A stretch of 64,000 bases of DNA from Candidatus Marinacidobacterales bacterium. GTDB lineage: Bacteria > Acidobacteriota > Vicinamibacteria > Marinacidobacterales > DATDRI01. The position numbers were made by a program, and so were the translations under genes. Of this stretch, positions 1 to 10,155 are shown piece by piece (the first letter of the stretch is position 1; each line of letters starts with the position of its first letter). Below the pieces are notes generated by a model. The model did no database searches and was not told the origin of the DNA. It saw only the letters and a list, made by a program, of their open reading frames with translations. The DNA lies in the NCBI GenBank assembly GCA_965219415.1, contig OZ244742.1, positions 576,001 to 640,000 on the forward strand, given 5' to 3'.

Positions 1-510
1 TAAGCGACTGCGCCGGTATGACGAAACGTGAGGTCGAGGAATATCTCGTCCCGCTGGGCCCGAAGCCCGTCTTCTCACCCTCTATTCGCAAGGCGCCTTC
101 TCTTTGCAACACATGGCCGAGATCATGGAGCAAGCGCTGGACGTGGCTCTCGACGAAAAAGACGTGAAGAGAAAGCGCGCACGCGGCTCAAACGCCAATC
201 GAAGACAGGCGACAGACCTCGCCCGGGCAAGGTCCCCGCGAAGTCCCGCTATATTCCGTCAGAGGTTCGCGAGCGAGTGCACGAGCGGGCGGGATACCAG
301 TGCGAATACCGAGGTCCAAACGACACCCGGTGTTGGGCGCGAGCGGGACTGCAAATCGAGCACCTGCGGCCTTTTGCCTTGTATCGCAGCCACGACGAGG
401 GATTACTCAGGCTTCACTGCAGCCCGCACAATCGTTTTGCCGCAGAGAAGGTGTTTGGAGCCGCGTTCATCCAAGGAAAGATCGATGCTTCGCGGGTGAA
501 GCAGCGTTGA
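1..510 (+). pseudogene. HNH endonuclease-domain protein, 5'-truncated by the window edge and frameshifted
   Basis: C-terminus RYIPSEVRERVHERAGYQCEY...LQIEHLRPFA...LRLHCSPHN matches the HNH pattern. The upstream part (MAEIMEQALDVALD) is in a different frame. Confidence 0.7.
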
Positions 511-512
511 AA

Positions 513-590
513 TGGTAGCGGGGGGCGGACTTGAACCGCCGACCTACGGGTTATGAGTCCGTCGCTCTAACCAGCCTGAGCTACCCCGCC
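513..590 (-). tRNA. tRNA-Met(CAT), probably elongator
   Basis: Reverse complement GGCGGGGTAGCTCAGGCTGGTTAGAGCGACGGACT-CAT-AACCCGTAGGTCGGCGGTTCAAGTCCGCCCCCCGCTACCA folds as a cloverleaf with encoded CCA. It lacks the initiator C1 mismatch and the three G-C anticodon-stem pairs. Confidence 0.93.
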
Positions 591-605
591 TAAAGGACTT
601 ATGAC

Positions 606-1478
606 TTACGCCCGATACCGGTGTAGTGAATAGCGTAGTGGAATGGACGCCGCTTTTTTCTCGATGGTCCGTTCCACAGCCTCCGCTTTGTGACTCGGGC
701 TTAGATGAGCATATCTTAACACCATACTGAGATCCTTCCATCCCCCAAGCTCCTGGACAGTCCGGAGGTCAACGCCAACCATCACCAACCGACTCGCGAA
801 GGTGTGGCGGAGCGTGCGTGGCGTGACGTCGCGCCCCAGGCCAGCACGCCGGCAAGCGGTAGTGAAGGCCGTTCGAATGGCCCGCAGCGGAATGCCCAAA
901 CGATTCACGAAGACCGGGTCTTCTGGGCCGGCATCGGCTGAAGTTTTGCGATGCTGCGAGAGTGCCGCGTGTAGCTCACTGTTGATCGGGATCGTTCTGG
1001 TCTCCCCGTTCTTGGCAAAGGCGGCCTCTACAAGTGAGTTGCCTCCGGTCAAGGTCGATGCTGCCCCATTTCAGCGTGAGTGCTTCGGAGGCGACACGTG
1101 TGCCCGCATGGATACCCATCAGAACAACGGTTCTCGGCGGTTCAGCGCACACCGCCAGGAGCCGGTCCTCTTCCTCATGCTCGAGAAACCGGATCTTCCC
1201 TTTCGACTCCCTCAGGAACTTCACCGTGCGGGACCGTTTGTTGGCCGCTGCCCATTCTCGGAATAGTTGGGCGGCATCGTCGAAGGCGATGTCTTCTTCT
1301 TGCGGCCACCGATGCCGGCTTCACCCTTCAGGATGCGGGCGCGTTCCACCGCGGCCAACTCTTTGGCGGCGGTGCGGGTGATGTTCTTGCCCAGAGACCG
1401 AAAGTATCGATTGCCCCTGATGACACAGTCGAGCCACCAGGTTCGTCCTCGCAGATAGATCCCCTCACCTTTTGGCAC
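606..1478 (-). pseudogene. phage-type tyrosine recombinase/integrase, fragmented
   Basis: Three frames: arm-binding-like N-terminus (GIYLRGRTWW...RSLG), IRFLEHEEE...GTRVASEALTLKW, and TLRHTFASRLVMVGVDLRTVQELGGWKDLSMVLRYAH. AAGGAG RBS precedes GTG at 1478. The core-binding domain appears deleted. Confidence 0.85.
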
Positions 1479-1709
1479 GACGGACTCCTTTCTTCTTGCC
1501 GCGTTTCCTTTTGTGACGTTTCTTCCGTTGATTCTCGCGCCAAACAGCTTGGTTGTACCGGTTGCGGCAGGCTGTGGTGCAGTACAACTGTCTCCGGACG
1601 CGGACGAGAGATTTCCGCATCTCGGGCAACGCTTCAAATCAACGGTGTTTCGATCTGCGATCAGGTGAGCCAGCGAATAGAGGAATAGCTTTTGGAATGG
1701 AGGTTCCTC

Positions 1710-1895
1710 TTGAACAGACTAGGCCACTTGACGCCGGAGGAGTCTCTTCGAGTTCATTGACTAGGGCGGCGGTGCAGGACCAGCGGCCAGCATCTCCTGG
1801 ACTGCCCGGAGTGCCTATTCGAGCTGGACTTTCTTCTCCTCTGCGAGGCCCCGGCCACGCCCGAGGAGGAAGCCGTCCTCAAGGCTATCCGCTGA
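1710..1895 (+). pseudogene. zf-HC2 (zinc anti-sigma) domain fragment
   Basis: GGAGG RBS then TTG, reading HLTPEE...(internal TGA)...QHLLDCPECLFEL, an HxxxCxxC motif. Confidence 0.45.
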
Positions 1896-1965
1896 ACGGG
1901 CAACTGCATGATTTCCATACTGAATCAGCCGGTGGTATCTTCCAGCGCACAAGGAGGTTCCCGCT

Positions 1966-2472
1966 ATGAAGTTCCTAATGCTTTTTTTCATTCCTATTTC
2001 TCTGGTCGTCGCCTTGGCCGCTTGCGCCACGCCTGCGACACAGGAGCCAGCCGCCGAAGAAGCCCCCAGCACCGAGGCCGACGCGGAGGCGATAAAAGGC
2101 GTGAACGACCATTTCTTGGCGGGGCTCAACGACGGCGACCTGGAGCCTTGTTTAGCCGTAGTTGCCGATGATGTAGTCATGTTGGCGCCAAACCACCCGA
2201 CCGCTACCGGCAAATCAGCAGTGGAGTCGTGGCTTCGGACAATTTTTGATCAATTCACCATCGAGGAGACTTGGTCCTCGGAAGAGCTCGTGGTGGCCGC
2301 AGACTGGGCGTTCAACCGAGGCACCTACTCAGGCACGTTCACACCTAAGGCCGGTGGTGAGCCCGTGCAGGAGGAGGGCAAGTACATCTGGATTCTGCAC
2401 CGACAAGCGGACGGTTCTTGGAAATACGCTCACTCCATCTGGAACAGCGACAACCCGCCGCCCGGCTCCTAG
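1966..2472 (+). CDS. NTF2/SnoaL-like (DUF4440/YybH-type) lipoprotein
   Basis: AGGAGG RBS, lipobox LAAC, and GKYIWILHRQADGSWKY C-terminal strand pattern. Confidence 0.85.
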   Translation: MKFLMLFFIPISLVVALAACATPATQEPAAEEAPSTEADAEAIKGVNDHFLAGLNDGDLEPCLAVVADDVVMLAPNHPTATGKSAVESWLRTIFDQFTIEETWSSEELVVAADWAFNRGTYSGTFTPKAGGEPVQEEGKYIWILHRQADGSWKYAHSIWNSDNPPPGS

Positions 2473-2650
2473 AGCGTCGCACTCGTCACTGCTGGACCCC
2501 TCTGCGGTGCTCGCGTCTGCGGCGGGCGCGGCGTGCGGGAGAGGGTCGGGGTGTGCCTTTCGTCGCTTCCCCCTCGCGACGCATGAGTAGTGGCCGTAGA
2601 AGCGGGCGCTGTGGCGCCTCGGCTCTGGAATCTGCACGAGCACGCGAGCG
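2473..2650 (-). pseudogene. IS91-like (Y2) transposase internal fragment
   Basis: ARVLVQIPEPRRHSARFYGHYSCVARGKRRK resembles the C-terminal region of IS91-like transposases. No start or remainder is present. Confidence 0.55.
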
Positions 2651-2722
2651 GCTTGGGATGTCGGGGGTCAACAGCCGCCTCGCCGAAGCGTTCCTGAACC
2701 GGCAGTCTTCCGCCGTGCGTCG

Positions 2723-3643
2723 CTATTCTTGGGATTGGCCTCGGAGGGCGAGTGCGACGGCGCCGATCGTCTCGGGCGTCGTGCGACAGCACCCACCGAT
2801 GAGGCGCGCACCGGCCGCGTACCACTCGGGGGCGCACGCGACGATCGAGGGGGACTGTTCGGCCGCAAGCCAGCGATGCCGAGCGGCGTCCCACGCTTCC
2901 CCACTGTTCGGGTAGACGGCGAGGAGCTTCTTCGTAGCGCCGCGCGCCGAATCGAGGAGACCCGAAACGTATTGGGGCGCGGTGCAGTTGATTCCCGTCG
3001 CGACGACCCGGTCCAAGCCACTCACCAGCCGCACGCAATCGGCGAATGACTCACCGTGGCAGACCTCCGTCTCGTTCCGGCAGCTGAAAGTAATCCACGC
3101 GGTGGTATCCGGGGCGTCCTCGAGCAGTGCGACGATCGCTTCCGCTTCCAGGAGGCACGGGACGGTCTCGAAGGCGAGAAGGTCGGGCTCCGCGCTCAGC
3201 AGCGCCTCCATTCGAGGCCGATGGAAACGGATGAGCTCGTCGCGATCGAGCTCATAGTCGCCCCGGTACTCGGAGCCGTCGTGCAGCACCGCGCCGTAGC
3301 ATCCGATCGACGCGGCAACCAGGCCACGTCCGTGGCGGTCCCGGGCACGCTGGGCGAGCTCGACCGACAGCCGTAGAAGCCGTCGAGCTTCTGCTTCGTC
3401 CAGCCCTCGGGCCGCGAAACCCTCGAAGCTTGCCTGGTAGCTCGCGCTCGTGGCCACGTCGGCGCCCGCTCGGAAATAGTCGTAGTGCAGGGCCTCGATC
3501 TTCTCCGGTGCCTCGACGAGGAGCTTAGCCGACCAGAGGGGGTCGTTCAAATCCTCTCCGCGCCGCTTGAGCTCAGTGGCGAGCGCGCCGTCGAGCAGCA
3601 CATAGCCCTTGTCATCGATGAGCGGTCCCAGCAGATCGTTCAT
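2723..3643 (-). CDS. mmuM: homocysteine S-methyltransferase
   Basis: LLDGALATEL, LWSAKLL, GINC, YPNSGE and IGGCCRTTP motifs. Confidence 0.93.
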   Translation of the reverse strand: MNDLLGPLIDDKGYVLLDGALATELKRRGEDLNDPLWSAKLLVEAPEKIEALHYDYFRAGADVATSASYQASFEGFAARGLDEAEARRLLRLSVELAQRARDRHGRGLVAASIGCYGAVLHDGSEYRGDYELDRDELIRFHRPRMEALLSAEPDLLAFETVPCLLEAEAIVALLEDAPDTTAWITFSCRNETEVCHGESFADCVRLVSGLDRVVATGINCTAPQYVSGLLDSARGATKKLLAVYPNSGEAWDAARHRWLAAEQSPSIVACAPEWYAAGARLIGGCCRTTPETIGAVALALRGQSQE

Positions 3644-3668
3644 GGCTCTCATTTTAGTGTTTCGCGCC

Positions 3669-3780
3669 ATGTATTTCCTTGGCTACGACCTCGGAAGCTC
3701 GTCGGTCAAGGCCTGCCTCTTCGACGGCGAGCTTGGCCGCGGTGTGGCGCGAGCCAGCGAACCGGAGCCCGAGATGAATT
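3669..3780 (+). pseudogene. FGGY-family sugar kinase, N-terminal stub only
   Basis: MYFLGYDLGSSSVKACLFD is the FGGY N-terminal phosphate-binding motif. Homology stops after about 37 codons. Confidence 0.7.
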
Positions 3781-3882
3781 TGGGGTGTGAGGATTGGAGA
3801 GAGAGAAGAAGAGAGAGATGCCCACACACCCCGGATTTGTTTTAGGGGGTGCATTGGCGGGCACCTGATTGGCTGGCTGTTG

Positions 3883-6075
3883 TTACTCGGGGAAGTTCAT
3901 GCGCCGCAGCAGGTCCTGAAAGCGCGGGTCGGGGCGGAGGTTGTCCCAGTTCGGATCTCCGCGGAGGTTCATCATTGCACCTTCGCGCTCCTCGTAGGCT
4001 CTTTCTAACCACTGGATGGCGTCATCGTGCTCGCCGGCGAGGGTGTAGAACCAGGCAATGTTATGGCGATCCCAGGGGCTGGCACGGAATTCTCCACGAT
4101 CCATTCCGCTAGGCGGCGCATCGCCCCTGTAAGTCCGAACTCGGGGTAGCTACGTTCGAGAAGCGCCACCTCATCATCCAGACCTATTAGCGAGAACGCT
4201 TTTCTCAATTCCATAACCCCTTCGTCATACTCTTCCATCAAGATGTAAACCGTGGCGAGGCCATAGAGAGGCAGAAAGCGCCTCGGATCGAGTTCCAGCA
4301 CGCTGAGATATTCGGATTTCGCTCGCTGGTACTGGTGTTGAAGTATAAAACAATGGCCAGCCTGTACACTGATACGCAGGTTCAACGGATCTAATTCGAG
4401 AGCTCGCTCCACTTCGGCGGTGGCTTCGTCTACTCGACCCTCGTTGGACAAGAGGAAGCTGCGGCGAAGGCGCGCCTCCGCAGAACCCGGGCTCAGCTCC
4501 ACGGCGCGGTCACACTCTCTTCGGGCGCCAACCCAATCCCAGTCGTACGACCGCTTGATGTTACATAAGGAGAGATGTGCCTCGGCCAGCGACTCGTCCA
4601 ACTCGAGGGCCTTCAACGCGGCTTCTCTTGCTTTCGGCAACATTTCTTTCTCAGGGCTGTATCCCGAACCGCCAAGAAATCGATAAATGTCAGCGAGACC
4701 TGCGTAGGCGGGAGCGTAGTTGGGATCTTTTTCCAGCGCCTTCTGAAAGTAGTCGAGAACCGTATCAAAGTCCTCCCTTCTGAAAAATGTGGCCCGTTCC
4801 AGAAAGTGACGGCCCCTGAGGTAGGCTTCGTGGGCCTCGGGATTGACCGGGCGGTCGCTTGCAAGGAAAGCGTCCTCCAGGCTTGTCAGCTTGACCTGGA
4901 TCTCCTCTGCAATGGTCCGTGCCACCTCACCCTGCAAAGCTAGTATGTCGGTTAGGTCCCGTTCGTAGCTCTCCGCCCAGAGATGTTGGTCCGTGGCCGC
5001 CTCGATCAACTGAGCCGTAATGCGCACACGGTCCCCCACCCGCATCGCTGAGCCTTCGATGACCGCATCGACACCTAGCTCACGAGCAATGTCTGGCAGC
5101 GGCTTGTCGGAACCCTGATAGCGCATGGCCGAAGTCCGAGAGATTACTTTCAGGGCGCTGATTTTGGCGAGGTTGGCGATCGACGCCTCCGTCATCCCGT
5201 CAACGAAGTAGTCTTGCTCTGGGTCGCCGGACAGGTTGTCTAGGGGCAAGACAGCAATCGACTCGATTTGAGGCGCGTCACTTCCGCCGGCGATCCAGTC
5301 CCGCACGTCACCGGTGAAGAGAGCGGCGATCATGACGACCAGGATCGCAACAAGTCCCACGCCAACGATACCGGCCACTGGCAGCCTACTCGCTGTCGGC
5401 GAAGCGGCCTGGGACGCACTCTCTACGCCTTCGAGCTCCCTCGCCAAGTCGCGCGTCGAGTCGTAGCGCTGTCCCGGTTCCTTTTCGAGACACCGACTGA
5501 TGATGTGGCCCAGCTGAGCCGGAGCATGCGAGTTGCTCAAGCTAACTGACTCTGGCTCATCGCGCATCACCGCGGCAAGAGTCTCCGTCATGGTCTCTCG
5601 GCTAAACGCATGCTTCCCGGTGGCCATCTCATACAGGATCGAGCCGAAGGAGAACTGGTCAGAGCGGTAATCGACCGGACGTCCTGCTGCTTGCTCTGGT
5701 GACATGTATTGCACGGTCCCGAGGACGACGCCCTCCCGAGTCTCTTTCGTCTTAGTTGCCATTTCCGGATCGATCTCCGATGGCTCCGGCATCAACTTGG
5801 CGAGGCCGAAGTCGAGGATCTTCACGAAGCCATCGTTTGTGACCATCAGGTTCTCGGGCTTGAGGTCTCGATGGACGATTCCGGCAGCGTGCGCCTTGGC
5901 AAGGCCATCCGCCATCTGCGTGGGGAGCTTGAGAAGCTTCTTGGCGGGGAGTGGTTCCCCGGTAAGCATTGCCCGGAGTGTTTGGCCGTCGACGTACTCC
6001 ATGGCGATGTAGCGAGTGCCTTCGTGCTCGCCGATGTCGTGAATGGTGACGATGTTCGGGTGGTTGAGAGCTGAA
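3883..6075 (-). pseudogene. Ser/Thr protein kinase with TolB-like and TPR domains, N-lobe missing, one frameshift near 4100
   Basis: SALNHPNIVTIHD, HRDLKPEN, DFGLAK, YMSPEQ, SIAVLPLDNLS and TPR repeats. No GxGxxG or VAIK sequence upstream of 6075. Confidence 0.85.
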
Positions 6076-6348
6076 AAGTCAATGAGTAGACGCTAATCGC
6101 ACGCCTCACCGGGGCCAGGATGTAGCGTGAGGATGGGCGGGGGCAAGAGGCTCCACCAACACAGGCTTGGCCTTCGCCGAAGTGGGTAGATCGGTTACTT
6201 GGTCCGGACCTAGTTGAGGTGCCGGCGTTTTAGTGAAGGCGCCCGTCCTCCAGCATCACCAGAAGGACGGGATGCTTCCGCGAGGCGCGCGCCACCGCAA
6301 TGCGCAGATAGGCTTTCCACTCTGACAGATGATGGTACTAGGAAAGTA

Positions 6349-7732
6349 GGGTCTACGCGGATTCGTGTGGGTTGAAAACTGCATTTCTGGGTAATGGCGG
6401 AAGGAAAGCCGCCACGATCTTCAGCTTGAGATATTCCTCGTCGCGATAGCCGTAGGCGCGTCGTTGCAGAACACGGATTTTGTTGTTGACCCCTTCAACT
6501 AGGCCGAGACTGACTTTGTTCTCCGGATGACAGTAGGAGGCGATACCATCCCAATGGGACTCAATCATACCGGCGAACTTCTGGTACGGATGCAGGCGTT
6601 GCCATTTGAGGCTGTCTTTCCAACGAGTGAAAAAGGCGCGAGCGCCGCGTTCGGTGCGGTAATCCCAGAGTTGCCCGAAGGCCTCCTTCAAAATATAGGC
6701 GGTGTTCAGGCGCCGGTTGGCCTGGAGCAACTTTTTGAGTGCGCGGCGACCGTCTAGGCTCAGGTTCTCCCGCCGGGAAAGCAAAGTGTAACGCTGCCCC
6801 TTGATGTACGACCGGTCCTTGCCGCTGAGGCGTTTGTACTCACCGCGCCGGACCTCATCGAGGGCCTTTGACAGATGACGCATGATATGAAACTTGTCGA
6901 AGATGATCCGCGCATTAGGCGCGTTGTGAATCACCGAGTTCCGGAAGGGCTTCCACATATCCATGGCGGCCAGCTTGATACGGGCGCTTTTCTTTCCGCC
7001 CGGCGCCTTGAAGAACAAATCGATGTCGGTTTCTTTGCGACCCTCACCGCCCACCCAGATGGGACGCGCCCGCTCCAGGTCGCTGACAATGACGCGATAG
7101 TTATGTCCCTTGCGGATGGAGATCTCATCGACACCGATGGCCCGAGGCGCCGGTAGCCCCGCCCGGTCGACCTGCTCTTGCATGTAGAGCGTATCCAGAG
7201 CCTTCACCGTACCGTGGTGCAGACGTTCCATCTCGGCCACCGCCTTGTTCGGCATATCCCGGCACAGCTTGCCCACATGCGTCGCAAAACGCTGGGTGTA
7301 GCGCGAGTTGTTCGCCAGCCAGTCTAGGTGTTCTACATGCACACCGCCGCACCCAGAACAGTTGACGCGCCAACGCTCGTATTCCAGATAGATCCGCCAG
7401 CCTGCCAACGACAGGTCGCGGACCCGGCACACTTGCTTGTCATAGCGCCCCCGGCACCGTTGCCCACAGTAAGAGCACACAGCTGTTTTTTTCGCCTCTT
7501 GAGCTGGATGACACGGGCGTATCGGTCACCGAATAGACCCTTCAATCCGGCACCAACCACGAAACCTGGCAGCGCAAACAGCGAGCGGATCGACTGGGAA
7601 TTTTTCACTCGGTTAGCCTATCCTAAAAATGGACCACTTTTCAGCACCTGATGAAGTACTCGATACCTTTTCCACACAATGAGTTACACTGTTTTTCCGT
7701 CAGAACTTACCCACACGAATCCGCGTAAACCC
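6349..7732 (-). mobile_element. ISL3-family insertion sequence, copy 1 (1384 bp)
   Basis: 24-bp terminal inverted repeats GGGT(C/T)TACGCGGATTCGTGTGGGT and a perfect 8-bp target duplication GGAAAGTA (6341-6348 and 7733-7740). Confidence 0.96.
6353..7608 (-). CDS. ISL3 transposase (orfA/orfB joined by a -1 frameshift at an A7 run)
   Basis: Zn-finger CxxC pairs, IGVDE, AMDMWKPF, FDKFHI and EGVNNKI motifs. The frames overlap at CGA AAA AAA C (7486-7492). Confidence 0.9.
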
Positions 7733-7842
7733 GGAAAGTATTAGAAAACTTCGAAAACTTTGCTGTGAGATCTTCTCAAGGGAAATCTTCATTTTTTTTG
7801 GAGGGACATTGAGGAATGTGGGTCGATCGGGGCAGACGAGCG

Positions 7843-9190
7843 CTAATTTTCCATCCCCCCTTCCCTCTTTTGTAGCGCCGACAAGTCTGGCTGTGCCTCA
7901 TACTCCCAGCCACCACCCAGCGATCGGTAGAGTTGGACGAGGCTCTGAACCAAGAACCCTTGGCTCTCCGCCAATTGATCTTGCAGCCGAAACAGGGAGC
8001 GTTGGCTATCGAGCACGTTTTGAAAGTTGGTGAGCCCCGACCGGTATTGCGTTGTCACGAGATCCACAGAGCGTTGCGTGGCGTCCACCGCTTCGACCAA
8101 GCGATCGCGGCGGTTCTCCTCGTTGACATACTCAGACATCGAGTTCTCGACGTCTTCCAGGGCACGGAGCACCGTCTGTTCATACGCGAAGAAGGCCTGT
8201 TCGGTCCGTGCTTCTTCGACCCGAATCCGATTGTGGATGCGCTCGCGATCGAACAAGTTCCACCTAAAGCCTGGGACAAGACCCCACCCGATAGCGCTAT
8301 CCGCTCCGACGTTCCCGAAATCGAAGCTGAGAAATCCGCTCAAGGAAAAACTCGGGTAGAGATCTGCAGTTGCCACGCCAATCAGCGCCGTCTGGGAGGC
8401 AAGGACCCGCTCGGCGGTTCGGATGTCGGCCCGCTGGCGCATGAGATCGGCGGGAATGCCGATTGCAATACCCACGGGGGTCCTCGGAATCGGCCCTCCG
8501 ACCCCGAGACGGTCGTCCACACTGCCGGGGGCGACCGCCAGCAATACTGCTAGACGATTGAGGGAAAGAACCAAACGTTGCCGGAGCTGGGAGATGGTGG
8601 CCTCCGTATCCCCTAGGTTGGACTCGGCCTGCGCGACGTCGAGTGCCGAAGTCAATCCTGCAGCGAACCGGTCCCGAGTTAGCTGAAGCGTTTGTTTTTG
8701 CGACTCAACATTGGCCTCGGCGAAGGCAATGCGTTTTTGAAGCGTTCGTACTTCGATGTAGCCGAGCGCAACCTCGGCCAGCAACGATACCAACACGTCC
8801 CGGTAGTCCTCGATCGACGCCTCGTAGCTCGCGGCCGCCGACTCGATGTTGCGAGCCAGGCGACCAAAGACATCGATCTCCCAGGAAGCATCGAGTCCCA
8901 GTTGCAAGAGGTAGGTCGGGTCAGTGCCGCCCTCCGGCACCACCGGAATAACCGCTTCGCTCAATTCTTGGAAGGTCACCTGACCCAAACCATCCACCAC
9001 CGGCATCCGATCCCCGGTGGCGACCCCGAGAATGGCGCGGGACTCCATCACTCGCGCAACAGACTGTCTCAAGTCGAGGTTCGATTTCTGTGCGCTTGCG
9101 ATGAGCTCGTTGAGCTCTCGATCGTCGAAGACCTTCCACCAGCCCATCGACGGCCGCCTGATGCCATTCGTCGGGCATCGGAGCCCCGTC
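7843..9190 (-). pseudogene. RND efflux outer-membrane factor (NodT/OprM family) lacking its lipoprotein signal
   Basis: WWKVFDDRELNELI, WEIDVFGR, ADLYPSFSL and LYRSLGGGW motifs. The N-terminus is frameshifted and runs into the upstream gene. Confidence 0.8.
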
Positions 9191-9956
9191 GGGCAAAGGT
9201 GTTTCCTTCGTCCGTAGCGAGGGGGGCGAGGTATCGTCCGGTAAACGAAACCTCGACGTCAACTCGGCCAAACGGAAACGGCGCGAAGGCATACACACCC
9301 GGCGCCTGGCGGGTTACGGCAACCTCGACGTCTTCCTCGGCGTTCAAGGGCACGTGGTCGAACGCCGCGGGGCTCCGGACCTCGTCGTGTCGCATCTGAA
9401 AATAGAGGGCGGCGGTGTCGAAAAACTGAAGCTGTTTGTAGTTCTGCATCAATCGCGGTTCTTCGAGCCATTCTGCGGTGGCCGGACTCGCGGCCAGTTG
9501 GGCCTTCAATCGCTTTTGACGCTCGAGCTCGCCGTCCAACATCGCTTGTACCAGCGGTCTCGATTCGTCAGAGATCGAATCGAGCAGCACCATGTCCGAT
9601 AACCCGTAGCGGCCGTTGTAGAGTCCCCATGTGTGCATACTCGAGAGCAGCCCACAATAAGGATGCCGTTCGGAATTCAGGCTCGGAGACTTCTCGCTTG
9701 TCGTGATGATCTTCTCCAGGGGGGTCTCCACGAGGTGATACGGCAGCCGGGTCTCGGGATCCATGGGTGCCTCGGCATCCAACTCTCGCCATCCTTGATC
9801 GTGGTGATCGATCAAGTAGAGCATCTCCTCCCGGGGCTCCACCGGCTCGAAACGATCGTTGCCGAACAAGCGGGCCAGCTGTCCGGCGAAGCTCGTATGC
9901 TCCGCCATCGTAATGATGAAACGCGGTACACCTTCTGGAGCGGTCTGTACGATCAT
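9069..9956 (-). CDS. DUF3891-family protein (C-terminus merges with the OMF relic)
   Basis: HTSFAGQLARLFGN, IDHHDQGW, SMHTWGLY and LQFFD pattern. Confidence 0.7.
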   Translation of the reverse strand: MIVQTAPEGVPRFIITMAEHTSFAGQLARLFGNDRFEPVEPREEMLYLIDHHDQGWRELDAEAPMDPETRLPYHLVETPLEKIITTSEKSPSLNSERHPYCGLLSSMHTWGLYNGRYGLSDMVLLDSISDESRPLVQAMLDGELERQKRLKAQLAASPATAEWLEEPRLMQNYKQLQFFDTAALYFQMRHDEVRSPAAFDHVPLNAEEDVEVAVTRQAPGVYAFAPFPFGRVDVEVSFTGRYLAPLATDEGNTFARRGSDARRMASGGRRWAGGRSSTIESSTSSSQAHRNRTST

Positions 9957-10018
9957 GGCGGCTCTCGCCCGGTCAGCATACCTTAATACTCGGCAAGGAG
10001 TTCAACGCGCCCTGACAT

Positions 10019-10034
10019 TGTCCAATTCCGGACA
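10019..10034. promoter_or_regulatory. candidate enhancer-binding-protein site (UAS)
   Basis: Palindrome TGTCC-N6-GGACA roughly 85-100 bp upstream of a sigma54 motif. Confidence 0.55.
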
Positions 10035-10116
10035 CCCGAATGGCCGAATGCGAACGACGAGCGCGGCTCGGCGCGGCTGAGCGTGCCCGATCCCAGGGTT
10101 TACAGCGCATGGCAGG

Positions 10117-10131
10117 TGGCATGCGGATTGC
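10117..10131 (+). promoter_or_regulatory. sigma54 (-24/-12) promoter
   Basis: TGGCATG-CGGA-TTGC has exact GG-N10-GC spacing and lies about 25 bp before the ATG. Confidence 0.75.
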
Positions 10132-10155
10132 CTATGGCCTATCGTGGAGGTCGTC

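Noticed and set aside
513-590. tRNA-fMet or tRNA-Ile2 identity for the CAT tRNA
   Set aside because: It has no C1 mismatch or triple G-C anticodon stem, and G4/G5 rather than the C4/C5 typical of TilS substrates.
1479-1637. Zinc-ribbon N-terminus (MKRCPRCG) on the integrase
   Set aside because: A better start with an AAGGAG RBS lies at 1478. There is only one CxxC and the linker does not look coding.
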